From IMG/VR virus record IMGVR_UViG_3300027785_000123, positions 1 through 25,835 of that record: a DNA stretch of 25,835 bases; one strand, 5' to 3'. Positions 8,510-18,118 of this stretch are shown here, one piece after another. This DNA comes from a virus. Taxonomy: Duplodnaviria > Caudoviricetes. Numbering within the stretch: position 1 is the stretch's first letter; the number at the start of each line of letters is the position of its first letter. Below the pieces are notes generated by a model. It had not been told where the DNA came from, searched no databases, and worked only from the letters and a program-made list of their open reading frames with translations. The position numbers were made by a program, and so were the translations under genes.

Positions 8510-9072
8510 TGGATTTCAACGAACTCTACATCAACCGTATGCTGGAGCGCGAGTATCCGGCTGTTCAGCAAGAGCCTATGCTGCTGGCCGAGGCTCCGGC
8601 GCAAACCATGACCGATGCTGGCGCGGCTGGCTATGGCGTGTCTCCAATGTTCGGAAAACAGGCCAATCGGCCCAAAGTTGGGGAAGCCGCGGCTGAAGCC
8701 ACCATGACCGTTGGCAGCGCGCTTGCTGGCGCATTGCCTGCTGGCCTGGGCGGCATTGCCAAGCTGATTGCCACGCAAGACCCAAATAAAGCCGTAGCAG
8801 CGATTGAAGACCTGATGCAGGCATTCACCTATATCCCCAGGACTCCAGAAGGCCAGAGGCAGGCTGAAGCGCTTGCACAGTCATTGCAGCTGCTCGGCAT
8901 CCCGGCAGAGTGGGTTGGTGACAAGGTGCTGGAAATGACCGGCTCTCCGCTGGCGGCTACCGCGGCCAATGTGGCGCTTGACCCTTTGAATTTAGCGCTG
9001 TCACCGGCAGCGGGTAAAGTGGCGAAATCTGCTGCGCGATCAGCAAAGCGCGCCCTCACTTCTGGACAATAA
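8509..9072 (+). CDS. Putative internal virion protein with A/G-rich hydrophobic segments
   Basis: TAATG-coupled, 187 aa; includes ALAGALPAGLGGIA, FTY.PRT..GQ and DPLNL segments; sits in the ejectosome block. Confidence 0.55.
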   Translation: MDFNELYINRMLEREYPAVQQEPMLLAEAPAQTMTDAGAAGYGVSPMFGKQANRPKVGEAAAEATMTVGSALAGALPAGLGGIAKLIATQDPNKAVAAIEDLMQAFTYIPRTPEGQRQAEALAQSLQLLGIPAEWVGDKVLEMTGSPLAATAANVALDPLNLALSPAAGKVAKSAARSAKRALTSGQ

Positions 9073-9074
9073 CG

Positions 9075-12000
9075 ATGGCAATTCAACCGATTGAACAGCG
9101 CCTTGACAGCATGACTGTCAGCGCGGATGTAGACAAGATTCCGACTACCATTCCCAGTACGCCTGACATGGAGAATCTTGCTGCACCGCAAGATGATCCG
9201 CAAGAAGAGCCAATCCAGGTTGCTGGTCTTGTCGGCTCTGTCGGCAGGGTTCTCTCCCCGCTGACGAAAAAGGGCGCTCGGGCTGCGAAAGAGCCTGTCA
9301 TTACCCGCCCTGATCCGATTGCCCCGCCTGCGGCAGCACCAGTCGCAGCAGCTGCTCCTACGGCCACGCAGGCCAAGACTGTGACTGTTCAGCCGACTCG
9401 GCCTGTAGACATCACCGATGTCAACGCGGTTGTGCAAGAGCGTGAGCGGATGCTGGACATTGACACCAGGATCGCTGAAGGAGAGCCGCAGGCAAGACCG
9501 CCAGAGGTTCCGATCTCCAGCATGTGGACTGACAATGACGGACTCGCCGCGACCATCAACGCAGCCGGAACCAGGGCCGCGCAGCAAGAGCCGACAATGT
9601 CGCTGCGTAGCATCTACATGCAGGCGATCAACGCTGGCGTACCTGAGTCATTCCTCAAGAGGACGCTGGCCGGTGAAAGCCTGGAGGTCACCGTTGGCAG
9701 CAGCCAGCTTGCAAAGCAGATTGCTGGAGCCGTATTCGCGCATGATGAAAGCGCGAAGGTGCTTGATGATCTGATGGAGAAGATGGCAACTGGCACTCTG
9801 AGCGATGTAGGAAAGTTGGACTTGCGGATGCGCCTTGCCCAGCATGACATCTTGGTCAAGCAGTTGAAAGGCATGCAGACAGATGTCGCTCGGTCACTGA
9901 ATGTGTTCAAGCGCGTTCAGGACGCTGGACCTGGGCTTGATGCAACTGCCACCAGGAAAGCGCTTGATGAACTTGGCGCGCAGCAATCCGACTCCGTGCT
10001 GTACCAGTTGGCCGTTGACTACCTTGAGTCTCCGAACCGCGCTGGCAAGAACAGGCTGCTTGAGGCTGGCCTTGGCGCAAAAATGCGCGATGTCTGGTTC
10101 CATGTTTACCAGAGTAACTTGCTCAATGATCCCGTTACGCATGCCTACAACATTGTCGGCACTGCGGTGTTTGGCGCGATGGCTCCGATAGAGCGGACGC
10201 TTGCATCTGGCCTCGGTCTTGCAAGGCAGCTTGTGCCTGGCGCGGAAGCAGAGCGCTATCACCTGTCTGATGTCTTGGCTGGATTGACCGGGGTCAAGAA
10301 CGGATTCCTTGACGGCTGGGAACTTGCTGTCGATGCCATGCGGCGCGGCGGTGATTCTAAGTTCACAGACTCAGGCAAGGCCGTTGCCAATCCACTGTCA
10401 GCAGAAAACCTGTCAGACACGCCTCTGCGGCTGTTTGGCAAAGAAGTGTGGCGCACTCCTGATCTGACCGACTCATTCATTGGCAAGGCGATTGACGGCC
10501 TCGGGCTTGTGCATGACATCTCATTTCGCGGGCTGAAGGCTGGCGATGAACTGGTTGGAGCGATCGTCGCAAGGTATCAGCTGCATCAAGAGGCATGGCG
10601 CTTTGCAAACACCGAATACGATAGGCTTGTCGCTGCTGGCTTGACACCTGACGCAGCAAGAACCGAGATCGATGCAAAGCTTGCTCAGTTCCTGACCGAG
10701 CGTCCAGCGCAGATTCAAGAGTCAATTGAAGGCATGCGGAACATGGTTACGCTGCAAGAAAAGATTGACAAGCAAGGCGCGCTGGGCGAGACATACTGGT
10801 GGTCAAATCAGATTCTGAACCTGGCCCCGGCCAAGGTGTTCGTGCCGTTCTCAAAGACTGTGACCAACCTGTTCATTGAAGGATCAAGCTACATCCCTGT
10901 TTTGAACATGCTGAGTCCACGCTTCTATAACATGTGGGAGCAGGGCGGCAAACAGCGCGATGCGGCCATTGCGCGCTTGGCTATGGGCGGTAGCGCCGTC
11001 ACCGGAGCGGCGTGGCTTTCCCTGGACAACAGGCTCACAGGATCAGGGCCGTCACAGACAGAGGATAGAAAAGCGCTGGAAGCATTGGGCTGGCAACCGT
11101 ATTCGCTGGTCTTCGACCGCGGGGAAATCTCCGAGAAAAACATCGCCGCACTTCAGAATATCACCAAGGTTGGCGTTGGCCCGGACAAGGTCTATGTGTC
11201 ATTTGCAAGGTTTGACCCTGTATCGATGGTTTTTGCAATGGGCGCTGACATGGCTGATGCGGCCAAGTTTGACCGCCACCCAGAGCGCGACGAGTTCACC
11301 AACATGGCAATGGCCGGAATGGTTGGCGTTGGCGAGTACATTGGAAACCTGCCATTCATGCAGGGCGTTGGCGAGTTGCTGGCAATCGCTCGGTCACGCA
11401 GCACTGACACTGGTGACAAGATGGTGGAGATCATGGGCGGCATATCGCGCCAGTTCGCCAACTTCGTCTACACCGGCACACCTGGCGCTGGCCTGTCAAA
11501 CAGCACTCTGATGGGCCACATTGAGCGCATGACCGACCCCACAAAGTCGAACATCATGTCTCCTGTGATGGATCAGCCGCCATTCATTCGTGCGTTCTAC
11601 GAGGCGCGGCAGAAGGTGATGTCTCGCATCCCTGGCTTGTCCAAAGATGTACCTCCGCTGCTGGATAGCCTTGGCCGCGAGGTGAAGGTCAAGAATCGTG
11701 GACTTGATTATTGGGTTAACTGGGCTCCAATCATTCAAGCGACAGAGGGCAAGTTCTCAGAGACTGACGCGCTGCTAGCCGAGTTGAACTTTGGCATAGC
11801 GGAGCCTAGCAAGGTCTGGGATGGCGTTCGGCTTTCTGCTGACCAGTACAACCGATTCAAGAAACTGTACGGCCAGGAAATCCTTGATGACGGCATGAAC
11901 CTTGAACGGCGTATTCCTATTGAAGTTGGAAACGCAGAAAAAGATTCAGCCTTTGTAGGAACGCCGTTTCTCATTGGAGACAAGCAAAAGATAATCTCTC

Positions 12001-12161
12001 AAGTTGTTGAACGGTATCGAAGCCTTGCAAAGGCCAGGATGATTGGTGATAAAGAAGGTCTTCCTGTCGATGTAGGCATGCCTGATATTCGCCTTGAGTT
12101 TGAAGACCTTGCGACAGCTATCAAAAAGAAGCAAGAAATAATCAGAGTTTTTGGCAAGTAA
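9075..12161 (+). CDS. Large internal virion protein, T7 gp16-like position
   Basis: 1028 aa. YQSNLLNDP.TH..N, FVPFSKT..N, ...TGSGP......R..L...GWQPYS and S.ARFDP motifs recall large ejection proteins of environmental podoviruses; directly before the tail fibre. Confidence 0.75.
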   Translation: MAIQPIEQRLDSMTVSADVDKIPTTIPSTPDMENLAAPQDDPQEEPIQVAGLVGSVGRVLSPLTKKGARAAKEPVITRPDPIAPPAAAPVAAAAPTATQAKTVTVQPTRPVDITDVNAVVQERERMLDIDTRIAEGEPQARPPEVPISSMWTDNDGLAATINAAGTRAAQQEPTMSLRSIYMQAINAGVPESFLKRTLAGESLEVTVGSSQLAKQIAGAVFAHDESAKVLDDLMEKMATGTLSDVGKLDLRMRLAQHDILVKQLKGMQTDVARSLNVFKRVQDAGPGLDATATRKALDELGAQQSDSVLYQLAVDYLESPNRAGKNRLLEAGLGAKMRDVWFHVYQSNLLNDPVTHAYNIVGTAVFGAMAPIERTLASGLGLARQLVPGAEAERYHLSDVLAGLTGVKNGFLDGWELAVDAMRRGGDSKFTDSGKAVANPLSAENLSDTPLRLFGKEVWRTPDLTDSFIGKAIDGLGLVHDISFRGLKAGDELVGAIVARYQLHQEAWRFANTEYDRLVAAGLTPDAARTEIDAKLAQFLTERPAQIQESIEGMRNMVTLQEKIDKQGALGETYWWSNQILNLAPAKVFVPFSKTVTNLFIEGSSYIPVLNMLSPRFYNMWEQGGKQRDAAIARLAMGGSAVTGAAWLSLDNRLTGSGPSQTEDRKALEALGWQPYSLVFDRGEISEKNIAALQNITKVGVGPDKVYVSFARFDPVSMVFAMGADMADAAKFDRHPERDEFTNMAMAGMVGVGEYIGNLPFMQGVGELLAIARSRSTDTGDKMVEIMGGISRQFANFVYTGTPGAGLSNSTLMGHIERMTDPTKSNIMSPVMDQPPFIRAFYEARQKVMSRIPGLSKDVPPLLDSLGREVKVKNRGLDYWVNWAPIIQATEGKFSETDALLAELNFGIAEPSKVWDGVRLSADQYNRFKKLYGQEILDDGMNLERRIPIEVGNAEKDSAFVGTPFLIGDKQKIISQVVERYRSLAKARMIGDKEGLPVDVGMPDIRLEFEDLATAIKKKQEIIRVFGK

Positions 12162-12177
12162 TTTTTAGGGAATTGAC

Positions 12178-13770
12178 ATGGCAAATTATCCAATCAGCAA
12201 TGTAACGCGGCGCGTTGTCTACACTGGCTCTGCCGGTGTAGGGCCGTATGCGTTCAGCTTTGAGATCATCGAGAACACGGACATTGCCGTGTACAAGAAT
12301 GATGTGCTGCTGACACTGACCACCAACTACACGGTGACGATCAATGCCAATGGCACTGGCTCGGTCACTCTGGTAAGCGCAGCCACCAGCGCTGACAACA
12401 TCACGATTGTCGGGGCCAGGGCAGTAGAGCGCGCCACTGACTTCTCGACTGGTGGCGATCTGTTTGCCAACACCATCAATGAGGAACTGGACAGTGAGGT
12501 GATCCTGATCCAGCAGGTGGCAGAGTCTAATGATCGTGCGATCAAGGCTCCTGTCACCGATCCGACTACCATCGACATGACGCTACCAGCCAAGGCCACT
12601 CGCGCCTACAAGCTGCTGGCATTCGACGCTGATGGCAACCCGATTGCAGATGAGCATATTGGTACGAACCGTGGCAACTGGGCCGCATCGACTGTCTACT
12701 ATGTTCGTGACCTGATAAAAGACACCAGCAACAGCAACATCTACCAGTGTATCGTCGCGCATACATCCAGTGGATCGCAGCCGATCAGCACCAATACGGA
12801 CTCTGCCAAGTGGAGTTTGGTGGTCAATGCTGCTGCTGCTGCGACAAGCGCTGCGGCTGCGGCTGTCAGCGAAACCAATGCGGCAGCATCTGCCATTCTT
12901 GCCAATGACTGGGCTACGAAGACCTCTGGACCTGTAGCTGGCGGCGAGTACTCTGCCAAGTACCATGCGACTGCTGCCTCCTCCAGCGCGTCTACGGCCT
13001 CCACAGCGGCCACCAATGCAAGCAATGCTCAGACGGCGGCAGAAGCTGCGAGAGATCAGACGCTGGCTTCCTTTGATAGTTTTGATGACCGCTACCTTGG
13101 CTCCAAGACCAGCGCCCCTACGCTTGACAATGACGGCAATGCACTGGTAGCTGGCGCACTGTACTTCAACAGCGTGACCGGGGTGATGAATGTCTACACC
13201 GGTAGCGCCTGGGTTGCAGCCTATGTGTCTGGCACTGGATTCCTGACTACTGCCAACAACTTGTCTGACCTTGCCAATGCTGCAACGGCAAGGACCAACC
13301 TTGGTGGCACTACGGTTGGTAAGGCGGTGTTCATCGCTGCTGACACTACCGCAGCCAGGTTAGCCATTGGCGCTGTGATTGGCACGGATGTCCAGGCGTA
13401 TGACGCGAACACGGCAAAGCTGAATGTGGTGCAAAGCTTTACGGTAGCGCAGCGTGGCACGGCTACGGCGCTGACCAGCACCTCGGCATCGATTGCCGTA
13501 AACCTGGCTCTGGCAAACAACTTCACGCATACCTTTACCGAGAGCACAACCCTGGCTAACCCGACAAACATTGTCGCTGGTCAGTCTGGTGCGATTGTGT
13601 TTACGCAGCATGCAAGCAGCCCAAAGACGCTGGCATTCGGCAGCTACTGGAAATTTCCAGGTGGTACTGCGCCTACTGTGACGGCCACCAACAGTGCTGT
13701 TGATACGCTTGCGTACTATGTTGAGAGCAGCACCAGGATAACAGCGCGCCTGCTGGGAGATGTCAAGTGA
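12178..13770 (+). CDS. Tail fibre protein with T7 gp17-type N-terminal adaptor
   Basis: N-terminal YTGSAGVGPYAFSF...DIAVY and GGDL.A.TIN.ELD anchor; CBM-like RGNWAASTVYYVRD...Y.C..AHTS; Ala-rich shaft; FDDRYLGSK; NNLSDLANAATARTNLG fibre repeat; beta-rich C-terminal domain. Confidence 0.88.
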   Translation: MANYPISNVTRRVVYTGSAGVGPYAFSFEIIENTDIAVYKNDVLLTLTTNYTVTINANGTGSVTLVSAATSADNITIVGARAVERATDFSTGGDLFANTINEELDSEVILIQQVAESNDRAIKAPVTDPTTIDMTLPAKATRAYKLLAFDADGNPIADEHIGTNRGNWAASTVYYVRDLIKDTSNSNIYQCIVAHTSSGSQPISTNTDSAKWSLVVNAAAAATSAAAAAVSETNAAASAILANDWATKTSGPVAGGEYSAKYHATAASSSASTASTAATNASNAQTAAEAARDQTLASFDSFDDRYLGSKTSAPTLDNDGNALVAGALYFNSVTGVMNVYTGSAWVAAYVSGTGFLTTANNLSDLANAATARTNLGGTTVGKAVFIAADTTAARLAIGAVIGTDVQAYDANTAKLNVVQSFTVAQRGTATALTSTSASIAVNLALANNFTHTFTESTTLANPTNIVAGQSGAIVFTQHASSPKTLAFGSYWKFPGGTAPTVTATNSAVDTLAYYVESSTRITARLLGDVK

Positions 13771-16205
13771 CAGTCCGTGGGAATATCAATCCACTGCTGA
13801 TGGGTGGTGATGACGGCTATCAGATCAGCCGCAGCGTTCGGTTGCGCTCGTCTGCCAGCGCATATTTCAATCGCACTCCAGCAAGTGCTGGTAATCGCAA
13901 AACTTGGACATGGAGCGGTTGGGTTAAACTAGGGTCGCTATCCACAACATTGAATATACTGTATGCATATTCTGCGGACTCTGATAGTGGTTTGTGCCAA
14001 CTAAGTTACCAATCCAATCAATTAAGAATACAAGGATTTTCAGCGTCTTTTTTGATGATATCGACGCCGGTATATCGTGATCCAAGTGCGTGGTATCACA
14101 TTGTCTATAAGGTAGATACGACACAAGCAACTGCTGCGGACAGGGTTAGAATTTATATCAATGGGGTAGAAATAACTGCATGGGCTACAAATACACCGCC
14201 ACCACAAAATACAGATACAGCGGTTAACAACAATGTGGCTCATAACATTGGTCGCAATACAAGAAACTCAAACGATTATCTTGATGGTTATTTTGCCGAA
14301 GTTAATTTAATTGACGGTCAAGCCTTAACGCCTACCAGTTTCGGCGCATTCGATGCTGTAACCGGCGTATGGAATCCCAAGAAATACAGCGGCACATATG
14401 GAACGAATGGCTTCTATCTGAACTTTAGCGACAACAGCGGCGCTACTGCCACGACCATCGGCAAAGACTCAAGCGGCAACGGCAACAACTGGACACCCAA
14501 CAACATCTCGGTGACTGCTGGCACGACCTACGACAGCATGGTGGACTCACCGACTAACTATGGTACTGATACTGGCGCTGGTGGTTCGGTGCGTGGTGAC
14601 TACTGCACATTCAATCCTTTGAATGCTACCGACACGACATTTTCAAACGGTAATTTGCGGATGGTTACGGCATCGCCGGGGTATGGCAGACCGCAACTAT
14701 CCACATTTGGAATTGCGTCAGGGCAAAAGTTCTATGCTGAATTTGTAGTGACAAGTGTTGGCGCTTCAAGTGATGTAACGATAGGCATCGACGATGGCTC
14801 TATAGTTCCTGCGTATTATTCAAATAGTGGATCAACTTCTGGTTTGCCAGCAAATTTTCGTGGCTATCGTAATGGTGGCGGCACTTATGTTGGCTCAACT
14901 TATACATCAGGATCGCCCGGAATATCCTATACAAACGGCAACACAATTAGCGTAGCCGTTGATAGGTCTGCAAACCAAATTACTTACTACAAAAACGGTT
15001 CATCCGTCTACACTCAAAGCATAGCAAGTAGTGTTGATCAGTATTATTTGTGCGTAATGACCTTTACTGGCTCGGCCGATTTGACATTGAACGCTGGTCA
15101 GACTGCCTTCTCCTACACCGCCCCATCAGGCTTCAAAGCCCTCTGCACACAGAACCTGCCCACGCCGACGATCAGCAACGGCGCAAACTACATGGCGGCT
15201 AGTCTGTATACCGGAACAGGCGCAAGTCTCACAGTAAGCAACGCGGTCAATAGCATCTCGTTTCAGCCTGATTGGGTATGGATTAAGTCTCGCTCTGCTG
15301 CTGGCAGTCATTCTTTGTACGATGTAAACCGTGGCGTTAGAGACGGGTTGTTTACAAATGTCACTTCAGCAGAAAATACAGAAGCTGCTGGCTATTCGAT
15401 GACCGCATTTAATTCAAATGGATTTACTGTTGGCTTGGAGAATGCCGGATCAGGGTCTGTTAATGCAAACGGAACAACCTATGTGGGTTGGCAATGGAAA
15501 GCAAGCGGCTCAACCGTATCCAATACATCAGGCTCAATTACTAGCACTGTGAGTGCAAACACGACCGCAGGTTTCAGCATATTGACCTACACCGGGACAG
15601 GTGCTACTGCAACGATTGGTCACGGCCTTGGTGCTGTGCCAAGCATGATGATTATGAAGAAACGCAGTGCTGTTGGCTCTTGGAAGATGTATCACACATC
15701 TCTTGGAAATACAAAGATTGTTGAGGTAAATGATACTGGTGCTGCGCAAACAAGTTCTACTTACTGGAACAATACATCGCCAACTTCCACGCTGATCACG
15801 GTTGGATCAAACGCCGATATCAATGCTTCTGGTGAAACTTATGTTTCATACTGCTGGACAGCCATCTCAGGCTATAGCGCATTTGGTTCGTTTGTTGGAA
15901 ATGGCGTGGTAGATGGGCCATTTATCTATCTAGGTTTTCGGCCTCGGTATGTGCTAGTAAAAGTTTCTACCGCTGCCGCAAACTGGGCAGTTATTGACTC
16001 ATCACGCGATCCATACAATGTGATGTCAAACCGTTTGCTTCCTAATTCAAGCGGAGCAGAATCGTCTTTTGTAGACCCAACCTATGACTTTTTAGCCAAC
16101 GGATTCAAGCTGCGGACGGACAACGCCACAGAAAACTACAGCGGCCAAACAATACTTTACGCCGCCTTTGCAGAGAACCCCTTCACGATTAGCAGAGCGA
16201 GGTAA
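13767..16205 (+). CDS. Large lectin-like virion protein (Concanavalin A/LamG-like plus SPRY-like domains), putative receptor-binding protein
   Basis: GTGA overlap with GGAGA RBS; 812 aa. WTWSGWVK...YRDPSAWYHIV..VDTTQ...R.RIYING...DGYFAE (LamG-like); KFYAEF and I.VAVD (SPRY-like); two repeats of a YTGTG...PDWVWIK / PSMMIMK domain. Confidence 0.8.
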   Translation: MTVRGNINPLLMGGDDGYQISRSVRLRSSASAYFNRTPASAGNRKTWTWSGWVKLGSLSTTLNILYAYSADSDSGLCQLSYQSNQLRIQGFSASFLMISTPVYRDPSAWYHIVYKVDTTQATAADRVRIYINGVEITAWATNTPPPQNTDTAVNNNVAHNIGRNTRNSNDYLDGYFAEVNLIDGQALTPTSFGAFDAVTGVWNPKKYSGTYGTNGFYLNFSDNSGATATTIGKDSSGNGNNWTPNNISVTAGTTYDSMVDSPTNYGTDTGAGGSVRGDYCTFNPLNATDTTFSNGNLRMVTASPGYGRPQLSTFGIASGQKFYAEFVVTSVGASSDVTIGIDDGSIVPAYYSNSGSTSGLPANFRGYRNGGGTYVGSTYTSGSPGISYTNGNTISVAVDRSANQITYYKNGSSVYTQSIASSVDQYYLCVMTFTGSADLTLNAGQTAFSYTAPSGFKALCTQNLPTPTISNGANYMAASLYTGTGASLTVSNAVNSISFQPDWVWIKSRSAAGSHSLYDVNRGVRDGLFTNVTSAENTEAAGYSMTAFNSNGFTVGLENAGSGSVNANGTTYVGWQWKASGSTVSNTSGSITSTVSANTTAGFSILTYTGTGATATIGHGLGAVPSMMIMKKRSAVGSWKMYHTSLGNTKIVEVNDTGAAQTSSTYWNNTSPTSTLITVGSNADINASGETYVSYCWTAISGYSAFGSFVGNGVVDGPFIYLGFRPRYVLVKVSTAAANWAVIDSSRDPYNVMSNRLLPNSSGAESSFVDPTYDFLANGFKLRTDNATENYSGQTILYAAFAENPFTISRAR

Positions 16206-16207
16206 TC

Positions 16208-16705
16208 ATGTTCTATCACGCAGCATCGAATCAGTACATCAACGAGGGCATGGCCTTTGATCTCAATGGTGTTCAGTACCCGTCAAACTGGTTGAACCTA
16301 ACCTCCGCAGAAGAGAAGACTGCTGCTGGCTTTGTTGAGGTTGTCACCTCTGGCCTTCGCCTGGATGATCGGTTCTACTGGGTAAGCGAAAGCCTATCCG
16401 GCAATGTGCTTACCATCACCAGCACCGCAAAAGATTTGACCGCGCTGAAGTCGCAATGGTCAGCGCAGGTCAAGCAGACTGCGTACACAATACTGTTGCA
16501 AAGCGATTGGATGGTGACCAAGGCACTGGAGACATCAACAGCTGTGCCAGCAGCATGGTCAACTTATCGCGCCGCTGTGCGATCCACGGCAGCTACAGCT
16601 ATTGCTGCCATCAACGCATCCGCTGATGTACCGGCCTTGCAGACTGCGGTACAAGTCACTTGGCCTAACGATCCCAACCATGTGGAGATGACAGATGGAG
16701 CCTGA
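16208..16705 (+). CDS. Putative tail fibre assembly chaperone
   Basis: 165 aa; QYPSNWL, LLQSDWMV.K......VP..W.TYRAAVR and terminal WP.DP motifs of tail-assembly chaperone-like proteins; follows the fibre genes. Confidence 0.65.
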   Translation: MFYHAASNQYINEGMAFDLNGVQYPSNWLNLTSAEEKTAAGFVEVVTSGLRLDDRFYWVSESLSGNVLTITSTAKDLTALKSQWSAQVKQTAYTILLQSDWMVTKALETSTAVPAAWSTYRAAVRSTAATAIAAINASADVPALQTAVQVTWPNDPNHVEMTDGA

Positions 16706-16859
16706 TCTCGAAGCAAAATTTATGACGCATGAAGCAGTCTGTGCGGAGCGCTGGAAGGAAACCATCCTACGCATCAAGCGCATCGAATCGATTGGAATCG
16801 CATGCGCTGGGGCCATCATCTTGCTGTTGCTGCACCTGGTTACAAAGACAGGGGGTTAA
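16695..16859 (+). CDS. Small membrane protein, 54 aa (not in ORF track)
   Basis: GGAG RBS at 16684-16687. Translation MEPDLEAKFMTHEAVCAERWKETILRIKRIESIGIACAGAIILLLLHLVTKTGG: short coiled-coil plus C-terminal TM; fills the gap between flanking genes. Confidence 0.8.
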   Translation: MEPDLEAKFMTHEAVCAERWKETILRIKRIESIGIACAGAIILLLLHLVTKTGG

Positions 16860-16863
16860 ATGA

Positions 16864-17397
16864 ATGTTCGATCCAATTACCATTGGAGCCGCATTTGCAG
16901 TAGCTAAGACCTCTGTTGCCTTTGTCAAAGAGGCAATCAACATGGGCCGAGAGATCAGAGACTGCGGCAAGGAACTCTCTGATTTCTTCAAGTCTCAAGG
17001 CGAGATTGAAAAGGCTGCAAATGAAGTTGAGAAGCTAAAGTCGCAACCTAAATCTGACGATCCACAACAAGCAAAAGCGCAAGAGTCTGCGCTGTCACAA
17101 GCGTTCACCATTGTGAGCAGACGAAGGGAACTCAAGCAGGCTGAGACTGAGCTGCGCGATCTTTTTTCGCTCAAAGGTGAAATGGATTTTTATCATGAGT
17201 TAGTCAAAGAACGACAGCTTATTGTTAACTCTCAGGATGAAGCTGCGCGGGAAAAGATTCGTAAGGCACGGCTGGCTAAAGACATAGCTGCGCGCAAGAG
17301 GCAAGAGTTGGAAGAGTTGCTGACCATAGTTGGCATTTTTGTTGTGCTTGGAATCGGCGCGATCATTGTGTTTGTGGCTATCTACTACAGAGGGTGA
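16864..17397 (+). CDS. Hypothetical coiled-coil protein with C-terminal TM helix (lysis region)
   Basis: 177 aa; MFDPITIGAAFAVAK amphipathic start, charged helical middle, LLTIVGIFVVLGIGAIIVFVAIYY TM. Confidence 0.75.
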   Translation: MFDPITIGAAFAVAKTSVAFVKEAINMGREIRDCGKELSDFFKSQGEIEKAANEVEKLKSQPKSDDPQQAKAQESALSQAFTIVSRRRELKQAETELRDLFSLKGEMDFYHELVKERQLIVNSQDEAAREKIRKARLAKDIAARKRQELEELLTIVGIFVVLGIGAIIVFVAIYYRG

Positions 17398-17399
17398 GC

Positions 17400-17897
17400 A
17401 TGGACCTATTGCTTGATCTACTTAAGAGCGCAGCGCCAGCGCTGGCTACCGTGGTGGCCGGACCTATGGGCGGCATGGCTGTCCGTGCAATAGCTGAGAA
17501 GCTTGGCGTGTCTGATACCGTGGAGGCCGTCACCCAGGCCATACAGTCCGATCCGCAGGCAGCACAGAAGCTGGCCGAGATTGACCTGGAAGCATTCAAG
17601 CTTGAGGTCCAGGACAGGGACAGCGCTCGCAAGGCGCATGTAGAACTGGCTACCAGCGTCAATGTGCCACTGCTGGATAAACTGACCATGCCTATCCTCG
17701 CCCTCGGTACTGTCGGCCTAGCGTTCGTTCTCATCGCGGTGTTGATCTTTCGTGATGTTCCTGAGTCCCAAGAAAACATCATCATCTTCGCCCTGGGCTT
17801 CATCACCTCGGCGGCAACGCAGGTCCTGAGTTTCTACTTTGGCAGCAGCCAGGGCAGCAAGGACAAGTCGAGTCAACTCAATGGGCTGAAGAAGTGA
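17400..17897 (+). CDS. Putative holin
   Basis: LLKSAAPALATVVAGPMGG N-terminus, EVQDRDSARK, two C-terminal TMs and FYFGSSQGSKDK tail as in GTA/3TM-holin-like proteins. Alternative start GTG at 17394. Confidence 0.7.
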   Translation: MDLLLDLLKSAAPALATVVAGPMGGMAVRAIAEKLGVSDTVEAVTQAIQSDPQAAQKLAEIDLEAFKLEVQDRDSARKAHVELATSVNVPLLDKLTMPILALGTVGLAFVLIAVLIFRDVPESQENIIIFALGFITSAATQVLSFYFGSSQGSKDKSSQLNGLKK

Positions 17898-18118
17898 GAG
17901 AGAAAACTATCTGCTTCGTCACTATCCTGGTCAGCGTGACGCTGTCTATCGTTATGCTGTCGATGGTTGGAGTCATGCTGTACGGCCTGTTCATGCCTAA
18001 CAGCGTGATTGATAACTCGGATATCTTCCCCATCATTGGCCCAGCATTCAGCACAATCGTAGGTGGTTTCATTGGCATTCTTGCCGCAGTCAAAGTAACG
18101 GAGAGTCTAGAAAAATGA
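17894..18118 (+). CDS. Small two-TM membrane protein (holin/antiholin-like)
   Basis: 74 aa with two hydrophobic helices; 4-nt overlaps with both neighbours. Confidence 0.7.
   Translation: MREKTICFVTILVSVTLSIVMLSMVGVMLYGLFMPNSVIDNSDIFPIIGPAFSTIVGGFIGILAAVKVTESLEK

Noticed and set aside
12826-13040. GCT/GCG-rich repetitive DNA
   Set aside because: Encodes the ordinary Ala/Ser/Thr-rich shaft of the tail fibre.
12178-16705. Gin/Cin-type invertible tail-fibre cassette driven by the serine recombinase
   Set aside because: All fibre genes are on one strand, I saw no inverted alternative cassette or flanking inverted repeats, and the recombinase is over 6 kb away.
13767-16705. BPP-1-like diversity-generating retroelement
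   Set aside because: No reverse transcriptase or avd gene and no TR/VR near-duplicate visible in this window.
17394-17402. Holin dual-start motif (GTG-AGC-ATG)
   Set aside because: The extension adds no charged residue, unlike lambda S107 Met-Lys-Met; the GTG is explained by the GTGA overlap and RBS.
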